A DNA stretch of 64,000 nt from Thiomonas sp. (GTDB lineage: Bacteria > Pseudomonadota > Gammaproteobacteria > Burkholderiales > Burkholderiaceae_C), in the NCBI RefSeq assembly GCF_034007205.1, contig NZ_JAVERI010000003.1, positions 179,374-243,373 of the forward strand, written 5' to 3'. The notes under the pieces were generated by a model. That model was not told the DNA's origin. It did not search any database and saw nothing but the letters and a program-made list of their open reading frames with translations. The position numbers and the translations under genes were made by a program. Shown here one piece after another: positions 46,239 to 55,330 of this stretch (positions are counted from its first letter, which is position 1; each line of letters opens with the position of its first letter).

Positions 46239-46709
46239 TCAGGCGCGGTGGTAGGGATGTCCGGCCAGCAGGCTGTGCGCGCGGTAGAGCTGCTCGGCCA
46301 GCAGCACCCGCACCAGGCCGTGCGGCAGGGTGAGGTCAGACAGTCGCAGCAAGGTGTCAGCCTTGTGTTTGATGCGCGGGGCCAGGCCGTCGGCGCCGCC
46401 GATGACCAGCACCACATCGCGGCCCTCCTGACGCCATTGCTGCAATTGCCCGGCGAGTTCCGCAGTCGTGAGGCGCTGTCCGCGTTCATCCAGCGCGATG
46501 ACGCGGGCTCCGGGGGGCAGAGCGGGTTCGATGCGCTGCGCCTCGCGCTCCATCACGGCTTCGGCGCTGAGGCTGGAACTGCGCACCTCCGCCCGGATTT
46601 CCTTGAGCAGCAAGGGCGTTTCGGGCGGCAGGCGTTTGGCGTAATCGGCGTAGGCCTCATCCACCCAGCGTGGCATGCGCTGGCCCACGGCGAGAAGCCA
46701 GAATTTCAT
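46239..46709 (-). CDS. rlmH: 23S rRNA (pseudouridine1915-N3)-methyltransferase
   Basis: SPOUT-type C-terminus LSDLTLPHGLVRVLLAEQLYRA. Confidence 0.93.
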   Translation of the reverse strand: MKFWLLAVGQRMPRWVDEAYADYAKRLPPETPLLLKEIRAEVRSSSLSAEAVMEREAQRIEPALPPGARVIALDERGQRLTTAELAGQLQQWRQEGRDVVLVIGGADGLAPRIKHKADTLLRLSDLTLPHGLVRVLLAEQLYRAHSLLAGHPYHRA

Positions 46710-46748
46710 GCGTGAGAAACCGCGTCGGGTCGGCCTGCCTTGCGACGA

Positions 46749-47519
46749 TCAGGACGCGCGCTTCCTGGCCGCAACCCGTTTGGCCGGAGCAGGAGATGCG
46801 GATTTCTTGGCGGCGGGGCGCTTGGCCGCAGTGGGGGCGGCCTTGCGCGCGGCCGGGCGCTTCGCAGCGACCGGGGCCTCGGCGGGCTGCGCCCGCTTGC
46901 GGGCCGGGGCCGCCGGGGCCGAGCGCGCGCCAGCCGCAGTGCCGACCACGCGGGTCACGCGCTTTTTCTCGGCAGCGGTTTCGCCATACGGCGAGGTGCG
47001 GGCGCGGGTGGTTTTCGCCGCGGCCTTCTTCGCCGCCGGGTGTTTGCGGGTAGCGGTCTTGCTGGCAGCCGTCTTGCGCGCTGGCGCCTTGGCTTGCGTT
47101 TCGGCTGGGTCGGGGCGGCTGTCCGGGCCTTTGGCTTCCACCCTGACGGCAGCCTTCGGACCAGCGCGCCGGGCCGCCCCGAGCTTGAGGTGAACCGGCT
47201 TGGCGCCCCACAGTTCTTCAAGTTTGTAATACGCGCGGATCGCGGGTTGCATGATGTGCACCACCGCCGCGCCGCAGTCCACCAGCACCCACTCGCCGGT
47301 TTCTTCGCCTTCGGGGTTGCGCACCTCGAATCCGGCGGCTTTCACGCTGTCGCGCACACTGCTGGCCAGGGCGCGCGTCTGGCGGTTGGACGTGCCGCTG
47401 GCGACGACGACGCGGTCGAACAGACTGGTGAGTTCTTCGGTGTTGAACACCTCGATGTCCTGGGCCTTGACGTCTTCGAGGGCGTCGACGATGGTGCGTT
47501 GCAGTTTGCGGATATCCAT
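46749..47519 (-). CDS. rsfS: Ribosomal silencing factor RsfS fused to a ~140-aa Ala/Lys/Arg/Pro-rich basic tail
   Basis: The first ~110 aa are typical RsfS (EWVLVDCGAAVVHIMQP..YYKLEELWG). The rest is AAKKAAAKT / AAKRPAARKAA-type repeats. Confidence 0.88.
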   Translation of the reverse strand: MDIRKLQRTIVDALEDVKAQDIEVFNTEELTSLFDRVVVASGTSNRQTRALASSVRDSVKAAGFEVRNPEGEETGEWVLVDCGAAVVHIMQPAIRAYYKLEELWGAKPVHLKLGAARRAGPKAAVRVEAKGPDSRPDPAETQAKAPARKTAASKTATRKHPAAKKAAAKTTRARTSPYGETAAEKKRVTRVVGTAAGARSAPAAPARKRAQPAEAPVAAKRPAARKAAPTAAKRPAAKKSASPAPAKRVAARKRAS

Positions 47520-47525
47520 GCGGTT

Positions 47526-48149
47526 TCAGCGTGTGTAGAGATGGTGTTGTTCGATGTAGTGTGCCACAGCAGCCGGGGCCAGGTCGTGGAGCGACTCGCC
47601 GCGGGCGAGATGGCGGCGGATGCGCGTGGCCGACAGGTCGATCTCCGGCATCGACAGGCGGTGCAGACGATGCCCGCTGGCAGCCAGCGCCGCGAGCAAT
47701 TGCGGCGGCGCGGTATGGTCATACCCCGGACGGCGTGCAGCGGCCAGATCGACCTGGGAGACGATGTTTTCCCAGCCATTCCAGGTCGGGAGGTTGCGCA
47801 ACTGATCGGCGCCCATAATGAAAGTAAACGCCGTGTCGGGATGCGCCGCGCGCAGGGCTTGCACGGTATCGATGGTATAGCTCGGTCCCTGGCGCTTGAG
47901 CTCGATGTCGCAGGCGCGCAGGCCGGGGCGCCCGGCGATGGCCAGGTTCACCATGTCCCAGCGCTGCTGCGGGCTGGCTGCCAGCGGGTCGCGCTGCCAG
48001 GGCTGCCCGGCGGGGATGAACCAGACCTCGTCGAGTGCCAGCTCGCTGCAGGCGCTCTCGGCGAGTTGCAGGTGCGCGTTGTGGACGGGATCGAAACTGC
48101 CGCCCAGCAGACCGATGCGCCGGGAGGTCGCCTGGACGGTATCGTTCAT
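47526..48149 (-). CDS. nadD: Nicotinate-nucleotide adenylyltransferase
   Basis: [18 protein letters not shown] at 48149 overlaps the hemF stop. Confidence 0.92.
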   Translation of the reverse strand: MNDTVQATSRRIGLLGGSFDPVHNAHLQLAESACSELALDEVWFIPAGQPWQRDPLAASPQQRWDMVNLAIAGRPGLRACDIELKRQGPSYTIDTVQALRAAHPDTAFTFIMGADQLRNLPTWNGWENIVSQVDLAAARRPGYDHTAPPQLLAALAASGHRLHRLSMPEIDLSATRIRRHLARGESLHDLAPAAVAHYIEQHHLYTR

Positions 48150-49075
48150 GCAGCCGCCCAGTCCCGCGGTTTGAGAAAGACGTCGTAAAGCTGCGCTTCG
48201 CGCGATCCCGCTTCGGGATGCCAGTCGTAGCGCCATTTCGCGATGGGCGGCATGGACATGAGGATGGATTCGGTGCGCCCGCCCGACTGCAGGCCGAAGT
48301 GCGTGCCCCGATCCCAAACCAGGTTGAACTCGACATAGCGCCCGCGGCGCAAGGCCTGGAAGTCGCGCTCGCGCTCTCCATAGGGCAGGGCGCGGCGGCG
48401 TTCGACGATGGGCAGGTACGCGGGCAGGAAGGCGTCCCCCACCGCGCGCATCAGCGCGAAGCCCTGATCGAAGCCGCCCTCGCTGTAATCGTCGAAAAAC
48501 ACCCCGCCGATGCCGCGCGGCTCGTTGCGATGCTTGAGAAAGAAATACTCGTCACACCAGGTCTTGAAGCGCGGATAGAGGTCGCCGCCCAGCGGCGCGA
48601 GCGCGGCTTGGCAGGTGCGGTGAAAGTGCCGGGCATCTTCCTCGAAGCCGTAATAAGGCGTGAGGTCCATGCCGCCGCCGAACCACGCCACCGGCGCCCG
48701 GCCCTCGGGGCTGGCCATGAGCATGCGCACATTCATGTGCACCGTCGGTACATACGGATTGGTCGGATGGAACACCAGCGAAATGCCCAGCGCCTCGAAC
48801 GGCGCCCCTGTCAGATCGGGCCGGTGCTCGGTGGCCGAAGGCGGCAGCCTGGGGCCGCGCACATGCGAGAAGTTGCAGCCGCCGCGCTCCAGCAGCGCGC
48901 CAGACTCGATCAGACTGCTGATGCCCTCGCCCTGCAGCGGCGAATCGGCAGGTCGCGTCCACGCATCGCGGCGGAACGGCTGACCGTCTGCCGCCTGCAG
49001 CGCTTCGAGAATGCGTGTCTGGAGATCGAGGAGGTAGGAGCGGACCCGTTCGATTTGCATAGATGCGGTTTGCAT
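48146..49075 (-). CDS. hemF: Oxygen-dependent coproporphyrinogen III oxidase
   Basis: [37 protein letters not shown]. Confidence 0.93.
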   Translation of the reverse strand: MQTASMQIERVRSYLLDLQTRILEALQAADGQPFRRDAWTRPADSPLQGEGISSLIESGALLERGGCNFSHVRGPRLPPSATEHRPDLTGAPFEALGISLVFHPTNPYVPTVHMNVRMLMASPEGRAPVAWFGGGMDLTPYYGFEEDARHFHRTCQAALAPLGGDLYPRFKTWCDEYFFLKHRNEPRGIGGVFFDDYSEGGFDQGFALMRAVGDAFLPAYLPIVERRRALPYGERERDFQALRRGRYVEFNLVWDRGTHFGLQSGGRTESILMSMPPIAKWRYDWHPEAGSREAQLYDVFLKPRDWAAA

Positions 49076-49290
49076 GACGGTGACCCCCGCGCCATGCGCC
49101 GGGCTCATTTCTGGAGGTCACAATTCTTTCACGATTGTCGAGGTGCGCTGCGCAGGAAGGCCCATGCCTGTCAGTCTCCAAGCCGATATGGCATGGGTCG
49201 CGTCCCGCGACGTGGTGTAGGTCCACAGCCCGGACAGGCTGAGCTACACGGTACTTTGCGTGCCACAGCGGACAGCCGAGTCGGGGCAGT

Positions 49291-49560
49291 ATCGCAGAGC
49301 GACTGCAGGCCTTCAAGCTGCATATACCGGCGATGCAGCGACCCCTCATCGTTCTGCTCCATGCCGATGGCGGCGCCCACCTTCATGCCCAGCACCTCGC
49401 GCTGGCCCTCGGTGTTGACACCGACGGCGATGATGACGGCCACGCAGACGATGCGGCCGGCCTCGCGGGTCTTGACGTAGGTGGCGTCGATCTGGCGCAG
49501 CACGCCGATGTCGGCCCCCTTCTCGTCGAGCTCGTTCAGTGCGATAGTGGCGTGGGTCAT
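49291..49560 (-). pseudogene. IS256 (mutator) family transposase fragment, internally deleted
   Basis: DATYVKTREAGRIVCVAVIIAVGVNTEGQREVLGM is joined directly to the C-terminal-type MEQNDE...RRYMQLEGL. Confidence 0.7.
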
Positions 49561-49669
49561 CGTGGTTTCCTTCAGACAAAGTTGGTGGGTTCGCACCTCA
49601 ACCTTAATCAGCTTGGCCAGCGCCCGTCGCATCGAGACCAGGGTGGCGTTGCCGTCGCAGCGGCCGCCG

Positions 49670-50195
49670 AGGAACTGGAGAACGCGCCAGGATCCGCTGG
49701 CCGACGTGTGGAGCAGCGAGGTCATCCCGCTGCTCGAAGCCAAGCCTGGGCTGGCGGCGGTGATGGTGCTGGAGTGCCTCCAGCGCCGCCGCCCAGACGA
49801 GTTCGATGAAGCGGCGCTTCGGACCCTGCAGCGGCGCATGCGGCAGTGGCACGCCGGGCACGGCGAGGAGCGCGAACTGTTCTTCGCCCAGGCGCATCCG
49901 CCGGGATGTCTCGGGCTGTAGGACTTCACGGTGGCCGACGAACCCGGTGTGGTGATCGCCGGCGCTGCGTTCGCACATCGGCTCTACCCGTTCGCCTTCG
50001 CGCACAGCGGCTGTCGCCACGTCAGCGTCGTGATCGGCGGCGAGAGCTTCCAGGCGGCGCTGTGGATGGCCGGCGGCGTTCCCAAGGAGCACCGCACCGA
50101 CAGCCTCTCGGCGACGTTCAACAACCTGGCCGAGCAAGAAGAGTTGACCCGCAACTACGACGGCCTGTGCGCGCACTTCATCCTGTGCACAGACG
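49670..50195 (+). pseudogene. rve/DDE-type transposase fragment with frameshift (IS family not determined)
   Basis: WRTRQDPLADVW..LRTLQRRMRQWHAGHGEERELFFAQAHPPG is in one frame. GGVPKEHRTDSLSATFNNL..LTRNYDGLCAH is in another frame. Confidence 0.6.
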
Positions 50196-50442
50196 GATTC
50201 CGGGCCACGATCCGTAGCGAGGAGTTGCAGGAGCTGCTCACCGAGCCTGACCCGTCGGCCGCCTGCGCGCGGTCGGAAGCCCTCGCGGCGAAACGCGGGG
50301 GGGGGCGGCGACAATGTCACCCTCGCCCTGCTCCAGCCGCGCTGGCCTGTCGCCCCATCGCAAGTGCTGGCCGCTCCATGCCGCGCTCGCCGTCGCGCTG
50401 CCTGCCCTCATGATCATGATTTTCGATAGCCCAAGACACCGC

Positions 50443-50652
50443 ATGAAAGGTCTGCTGCGCACCCTCTTTCCGCTCTCTTCCCTGATGCTTGCCGCCTGCG
50501 TGAACAGGCCGGCAGTGAACGACAGGTCCCAGTGGGGTACCGACACCCCGGAGCCGAAGCACACCCGGACCGAATCATCCGAACTGCGCGAGATCGTCGA
50601 CTGCCTGGGCGCCGGCATCCTCGTGGCCGTCATCATCGTGCTCTCGAAATGA
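50443..50652 (+). CDS. Small putative lipoprotein with C-terminal TM segment
   Basis: MKGLLRTLFPLSSLMLAAC lipobox. 28 nt upstream of the ZIP gene. Confidence 0.5.
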   Translation: MKGLLRTLFPLSSLMLAACVNRPAVNDRSQWGTDTPEPKHTRTESSELREIVDCLGAGILVAVIIVLSK

Positions 50653-50680
50653 GGGCGGGAATTCAAGCCAGGCCTGGCAG

Positions 50681-51424
50681 ATGAGCGCGACCCACCAGGC
50701 CGTTCTCCTGCTGTCGCTGATGTCCTTCCTCACGACCGCCCTTGGCGTCGCCCTTGCCCTGTGGGTGCGCGAGAACCCGCGGGCCATTGGCGCCGGCATC
50801 GGCTTCTCCGTGGGCATCATGATCCTGATCTCGGTGCTGGAGCTGATCCCCGAGTCGACGGCGCTGATGGGGGCCGGCAAGACCCTTGCCAGCGCCGGCC
50901 TGGGCGCGGGGCTTGTGTGGGCGGCGCACCTCATCATCCCGCACATCCACCTGGTGGAGGAGAAGGGCATGGTGGACATGGCGCTCATCCGCTCCGTCTA
51001 CCTCGTGGTGTTCGGCCTCGTGCTGCACGACGTCCCGGAAGGCTTCGCGATGGCCAATGCCTACGTGGCCTCCCCCGCGCTCGGCCTGCTCGTGGCCCTG
51101 GCGATCGCGCTGCACAACCTGCCGGAGGAATTCGCCATGTCGGTGCCGGCGGTGCTGACCCGGAGCAAGAGGTTTCTCTTCGGGGCCGCCCTGCTGTCCG
51201 CCCTGGCCGAGCCCGTGGGGGCCATCCTCGGGCTGGTGGCGGTCGGCCTTGCGCCCGCCCTCAACGCGCATTTCCTTGCCTTCGCCGCCGGGGCGATGAT
51301 CTTCGTCTCGATCCACGAACTCATTCCGATGGCGCACCGCTACCGCCATCCCGCCATGTTTGCCCTGGGCCTGGCCGCAAGCGTGCTGGTCTATGTCCTG
51401 CTCGCCCGTTTGACCCTCGCTTAG
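50681..51424 (+). CDS. ZIP-family divalent metal transporter (ZupT-like)
   Basis: LHDVPEGFAMA and LHNLPEEFAMS motifs, about 8 TM segments. Confidence 0.85.
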   Translation: MSATHQAVLLLSLMSFLTTALGVALALWVRENPRAIGAGIGFSVGIMILISVLELIPESTALMGAGKTLASAGLGAGLVWAAHLIIPHIHLVEEKGMVDMALIRSVYLVVFGLVLHDVPEGFAMANAYVASPALGLLVALAIALHNLPEEFAMSVPAVLTRSKRFLFGAALLSALAEPVGAILGLVAVGLAPALNAHFLAFAAGAMIFVSIHELIPMAHRYRHPAMFALGLAASVLVYVLLARLTLA

Positions 51425-51461
51425 CCTTTGGAAGCCCGCCCTGCGTTGTTGTGCCGGATCC

Positions 51462-52253
51462 TCAGCTCAAGGCATGGAGCGGGGCGAAATCCTCCACCCG
51501 CGCAAGTCCCCGGGCGTAGTCCGCGTGCCAGCCCTCGCGCACCGGCAGGGTCGCGTAGAGTTCCTTCCTGCGCGCCTCGAACAGCCATCGCGGGCGCCCC
51601 ATGAAGTCGGCGGCACAATGGACCCTGCGGCCCGCCTCGCGCGCGATTCCCTCCATCCAGTCCTCCCCTTCCAGGGAGCGCAACAGGTGGTGATCCAGGA
51701 TCAGCGTGCGCACGCCCCGCGCCAGCCGCAGGGCGTTGGCGCGGGCGCGGGCGCGCAGCCCCTCATCGAGGCCGTCCTGGTAGAGGGCGGGACCGGCGGC
51801 CAGGACCCAGTGCGCGCCCCAGCCGAGGATGAAGTCGATGGTGACCTCGTCGATCAGCTGGATGTCGGAGGCATGCAAGAAGATGCGTCCACCGAGGTCG
51901 ATGCGGGTGAGCATGACGCTGCCGAAGGGCAGCCCGCCGATGCCGTGGGGCATGCCGCGGGAAAAGCGCATGGGGCCGTCGGCCAGCCCCTCGGCCACCT
52001 GGAAGCGGGGCCCCAGGAGATCCGCAAGGGCGCGTGCGCGGGCCTGGCTGGTGGGGGTCTGGCTTGCGGGCGACAGGCTCCATGCGCGCAGGGCGCCGAA
52101 CCCGGGCGGCAGCTGCGAGAACGCGAGCTGGTAGGGGTTGGCATCGAGCAGCGGGACATGATCGCCGTGGAAGTGGCTGAACACCACGTCGGTGGCGCCC
52201 GCAAGGGCCTGGATGATGCGCCGCCGGACCGCCCTGCCCGCCGCGATTTGCAC
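51462..52253 (-). CDS. MBL-fold metallo-hydrolase, 5' end probably displaced by the IS insertion
   Basis: SHFHGDH motif only ~26 codons after the GTG at 52253. The frame continues across the IS (see findings). Confidence 0.6.
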   Translation of the reverse strand: MQIAAGRAVRRRIIQALAGATDVVFSHFHGDHVPLLDANPYQLAFSQLPPGFGALRAWSLSPASQTPTSQARARALADLLGPRFQVAEGLADGPMRFSRGMPHGIGGLPFGSVMLTRIDLGGRIFLHASDIQLIDEVTIDFILGWGAHWVLAAGPALYQDGLDEGLRARARANALRLARGVRTLILDHHLLRSLEGEDWMEGIAREAGRRVHCAADFMGRPRWLFEARRKELYATLPVREGWHADYARGLARVEDFAPLHALS

Positions 52254-52258
52254 CGGGT

Positions 52259-53882
52259 GAGGACGCGTAAGTTTTTGATTTTTCTAGCAGCCTGTCGGTC
52301 TTTCCCCCGCCGAGAGCCGATAAAATTCCCCCACCCGAATCCTGCTGACGCCCCATGGCCCGCTTCCTACCGATTGACCGCGACAGCGAATATCTCTTCC
52401 CGCCCTCGGTGCAAGACTGGCTGCCCGAGACCCACCTGGCGCGCTACATCGCCAACGTCATCGAAAGCCTCGACCTCACGGCGATCGAGAAGCGCTATGC
52501 CGGGCGCGGCAGCGACGCCTACCACCCCGCCAGCCTCATGAGCCTGCTGATCTACGGCTATGCCACCGGCGTGTTCTCCAGCCGCCGCATCGAGCAGGCC
52601 ACCTACGACTCCGTGGCCTTTCGCTATCTGGCCTGTAACCGCCATCCCGACCACGACACCCTGGCCACCTTCCGGCGCCGCTTTGGCGAACAGTTCCAAG
52701 CCCTGTTCGTGCAGGTGCTGCAGATCGCCCAGGCCAACCGCCTGAGCCAATTTGGCACCGTCAGCCTGGACGGCACCAAGATTCACGCCAACGCCTCGCG
52801 CCACAGTGCTCTGTCGTATAGCCATGCGAACCAGCTCGAAACCCAGCTCAAGCAGGAAGTCCAGGAACTCCTGGCCCTGGCCGAATCGGCCGACCAGAGC
52901 GAGTTGCCCGAAGGCTTGAGCGTGCCCGCCGAGATCGCCCGCAGGGAAGATCAACTCAAGGCCATTGCCGAGGCGAAAGCCAGGATCGAGGCGCGGGCGA
53001 AGGCCCGCTTTGAACGCGAGCAGGCCGAATTCGAGGCCAAGCTCAAGGCACGGGAGGAGAAGGCGGCGAAGTCCGGCAGGAAACCCGGCGGCAAGCCGCC
53101 CACGCCGCCCAGCGCGGCCCCGTGCGAGCAAGACCAGGTCAACCTCACCGACGACGCATCGAGGATCATGAAAGTCGCCGGTGGCGGCTTCGAGCAGTGC
53201 TACAACGCCCAGGCGGTGGTGGACACCGAAACGATGCTGGTGCTGGCCCCCGAGGTCACCCAGGCGGCCAACGACAAACAACAGGTCGAGCCGATGCTGG
53301 AGAAGGTCCAGGCACTGACCGAAGGGCTGAACAGCCCCGCCACCTTGCTGGCCGACGCGGGCTACCACAGCGAGAACAACGTCCAGGCCTGCATCGAAGC
53401 CGGGATCGAGCCGCTGATTGCCGCAGGCAGGGAAGGCCACCACCCGCACTGGAGGGAACGCTTCAGCGAGCCCGAACCCCTTCCCGAGGACGCCACGCCG
53501 GTGGCGCAAATGGCGCACACCCTGAAGACGCAGGCCGGCAAGCAGGCCTATGCGCTGCGCAAGCAGACGGTGGAGCCAGTATTCGGCATCATCAAGTCGG
53601 TGATGCGGTTCCGGCAGTTCCTGCTGCGCGGACTGGACAATGTCCGCAACGAATGGACGCTGGTCTGCCTGGCGTGGAATTTGAAACGCATGGCCGTATT
53701 GCGCCCGAATTCCGTCCAAAGGGCCTGAAAGACCGCTGAAAAGACCTCAAACCCGTGAAATTCATGCATCGAGAGGCCGAAATTGCTCAATAAATGTGCA
53801 AACCCGGTTTCAGTCGGGGAGATGCTCACGCGAATCAGTTCAAGTCCGACAGGCTCCTAGGAACCGAAGGTACTTCGCGTAA
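52259..53882 (+). mobile_element. IS1182-family insertion sequence (apparently intact)
   Basis: Imperfect ~38-bp inverted repeats at 52261-52298 and 53846-53882, with core ccgacaggctSctag. A single 457-aa transposase. CGGGT is found on both flanks. Ends are uncertain by about 20 bp. Confidence 0.75.
52355..53728 (+). CDS. IS1182-family (IS4/IS5 superfamily) transposase
   Basis: N-terminus FLPIDRDSEYLFPPSVQDWLPETHLARYI, a central coiled coil, DDE-region motifs ADAGYHS and the C-terminal VEPVFGIIK. Confidence 0.85.
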   Translation: MARFLPIDRDSEYLFPPSVQDWLPETHLARYIANVIESLDLTAIEKRYAGRGSDAYHPASLMSLLIYGYATGVFSSRRIEQATYDSVAFRYLACNRHPDHDTLATFRRRFGEQFQALFVQVLQIAQANRLSQFGTVSLDGTKIHANASRHSALSYSHANQLETQLKQEVQELLALAESADQSELPEGLSVPAEIARREDQLKAIAEAKARIEARAKARFEREQAEFEAKLKAREEKAAKSGRKPGGKPPTPPSAAPCEQDQVNLTDDASRIMKVAGGGFEQCYNAQAVVDTETMLVLAPEVTQAANDKQQVEPMLEKVQALTEGLNSPATLLADAGYHSENNVQACIEAGIEPLIAAGREGHHPHWRERFSEPEPLPEDATPVAQMAHTLKTQAGKQAYALRKQTVEPVFGIIKSVMRFRQFLLRGLDNVRNEWTLVCLAWNLKRMAVLRPNSVQRA

Positions 53883-54494
53883 CGGGTTTCGGCGGCGATG
53901 CGCGGGCGCGCGCGGGCCACACGAGGCCAGTGAATACACGCCCATCGGTCTCTCGATCAATTGATGCTCATATCTCTGTGCAGAGATGAGTTCCGCGCCC
54001 TAACCTGTGCCTGGTTTCGCTGGGACAGCACCGCCGCCACCAGGGCGGGCAGCGGCAGCTTGCGTCGCCGTGTGAAGGCGTTGGGCGCGCCTTAGTGACG
54101 CGCCGTCCCGGCGAAGTCCGCCGAGTGGATGTCATTGTGCAGATCCCGTAGGATGCACTGGGCGCTTGCACAGTATTGAGATCAACTAGGGAAAGACCTC
54201 GATACACGAACAAAAGCGACAAACTATATTATGGATTTTGCCACGCCAACAGGCTTAAGTTCGGTGGATTTGGGTGCGACGTAGTGCGTGGTGGGGTGCG
54301 GGTGGCGGCGTCAACCCGCCGCCTCGGAGCTCCGCCTGCGAAGTCCCCTGCGGCTGATAGGTCCACGCACGGACCGACGCGGACGGTCGTGCACTTGCCG
54401 ATTTCAGTACGGCCGCCCGTTCCCGCACCCAGCCGGATGGACTGTGGAGTGACGCAACGAGACGATCTCGTCGCGCGGCCGCTCAAAAGAGGGG

Positions 54495-54660
54495 GTGCGC
54501 TTGCTGCGGAACGACGCCGAAGTCGCGATGATGCTCGGGTACGAGCCGAGTGCCACGCGCCAGCGGCGGCACCAGCACTCCGAGACGCTGCTGCCGTCGA
54601 TGCGGATCGGGAAGGTCCGCCGCTACGATTCCGCCGAGGCGGCCGCGTCCAAGAATGCTC
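54495..54660 (+). pseudogene. Possible AlpA/excisionase-type HTH gene remnant
   Basis: LLRNDAEVAMMLGYEPSATRQRR..LLPSMRIGKVRRYDSAEAAA resembles the HTH_17 pattern. The ORF then runs antisense into the intI stub. Confidence 0.25.
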
Positions 54661-54675
54661 GAGGCAGCCCAGCGT

Positions 54676-54759
54676 TTGTTTATAGTGTACGCAAGCGATG
54701 CGCTCGCGCAGCTGATCGAGCAGGCGAACCGAGCGCAGCGCAGGCATGCCGGGTTCCAT
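54676..54759 (-). pseudogene. intI: Integron integrase (intI) N-terminal stub
   Basis: [22 protein letters not shown] compared with the recalled IntI1 [22 protein letters not shown] (~15/22). Similarity is lost after HY. Confidence 0.6.
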
Positions 54760-54900
54760 GGTTCCTTTATACCTGTGTTTTTGGACAGTCTATCCGTCTG
54801 GAAGCCAGTCTGCGAGCCGCTTCGCCGAGCAAGCCCTGGCCAGAATATCCCGCACGGGCCAGCTTATCCGGCAGCATCTGCGGGATACATTGCGTTAGGC
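54760..54900. other. attI-like region ending in the core GTTAGGC
   Basis: It lies between the divergent intI stub and the first cassette ORF. GTTAGGC at 54894-54900 is 20 nt before the ATG. Confidence 0.45.
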
Positions 54901-54919
54901 ATATATTAATGGGGGCAGC

Positions 54920-55249
54920 ATGACTAGAAGTGAAAGAGCAATGCAAGTTTGGCAAATCTTGGTAGGCGCCGCGCATAACCGCCAAACCTTAACTTATGGT
55001 CACCTTGCAACACACCTTGAATTTGAAGGGGCGGGTGTATTCGCTCACATTCTTGGTTGCATTATGAAGTATTGCAAAGACAACAAATTACCACCTCTCA
55101 CCTGTCTAGTCGTCAATCAAACTAGCGGCTTACCCGGTGATGGTTTGACCACGGTAGAAAACCTACCGACTGATAGAGAAGCCGTTTACAAACAGAACTG
55201 GTATGCACTTTATCCTGTTCAAATTTCTGATTTCGAGCCTTATGCCTAA
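54920..55249 (+). CDS. Cassette 1 ORF: hypothetical, possibly an MGMT/ATL-like winged-helix protein
   Basis: QTLTYGHLATHL...AHILGCIMKYC...PPLTCLVVNQTSGLPGDG loosely resembles the MGMT DNA-binding fold but lacks PCHR. Confidence 0.6.
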   Translation: MTRSERAMQVWQILVGAAHNRQTLTYGHLATHLEFEGAGVFAHILGCIMKYCKDNKLPPLTCLVVNQTSGLPGDGLTTVENLPTDREAVYKQNWYALYPVQISDFEPYA

Positions 55250-55315
55250 CTTTCGCTTCGAGAGGGACGCTCCGCCAAAAAGCCGGCTCCGCGCCCCTCA
55301 AGCTAAACGTTAAGC
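55244..55315 (+). other. attC site 1
   Basis: R'' GCCTAAC (containing the stop TAA) ... R' GTTAAGC. Imperfect arms cttcgagaggg / cccctcaag. Confidence 0.7.
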
Positions 55316-55330
55316 CAATAGACACGCAGC

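Noticed and set aside
53968-54222. The minus-frame peptide DLNTVQA...CTMTST as the C-terminal (DIRTVQELLGH..TTMIYTH) part of intI.
   Set aside because: Only a few scattered identities exist. None of the three frames gives LLGH or YTHV. The spacing from the N-terminal stub is about 100 codons too short.
54289-54327. A second minus-strand segment ending in CACCA (ggcgggttgacgccgccacccgcaccccacca) as a tRNA-like end.
   Set aside because: It cannot be fitted to a T-stem / 7-nt loop / 7-nt acceptor geometry. It is probably GC-rich coincidence.
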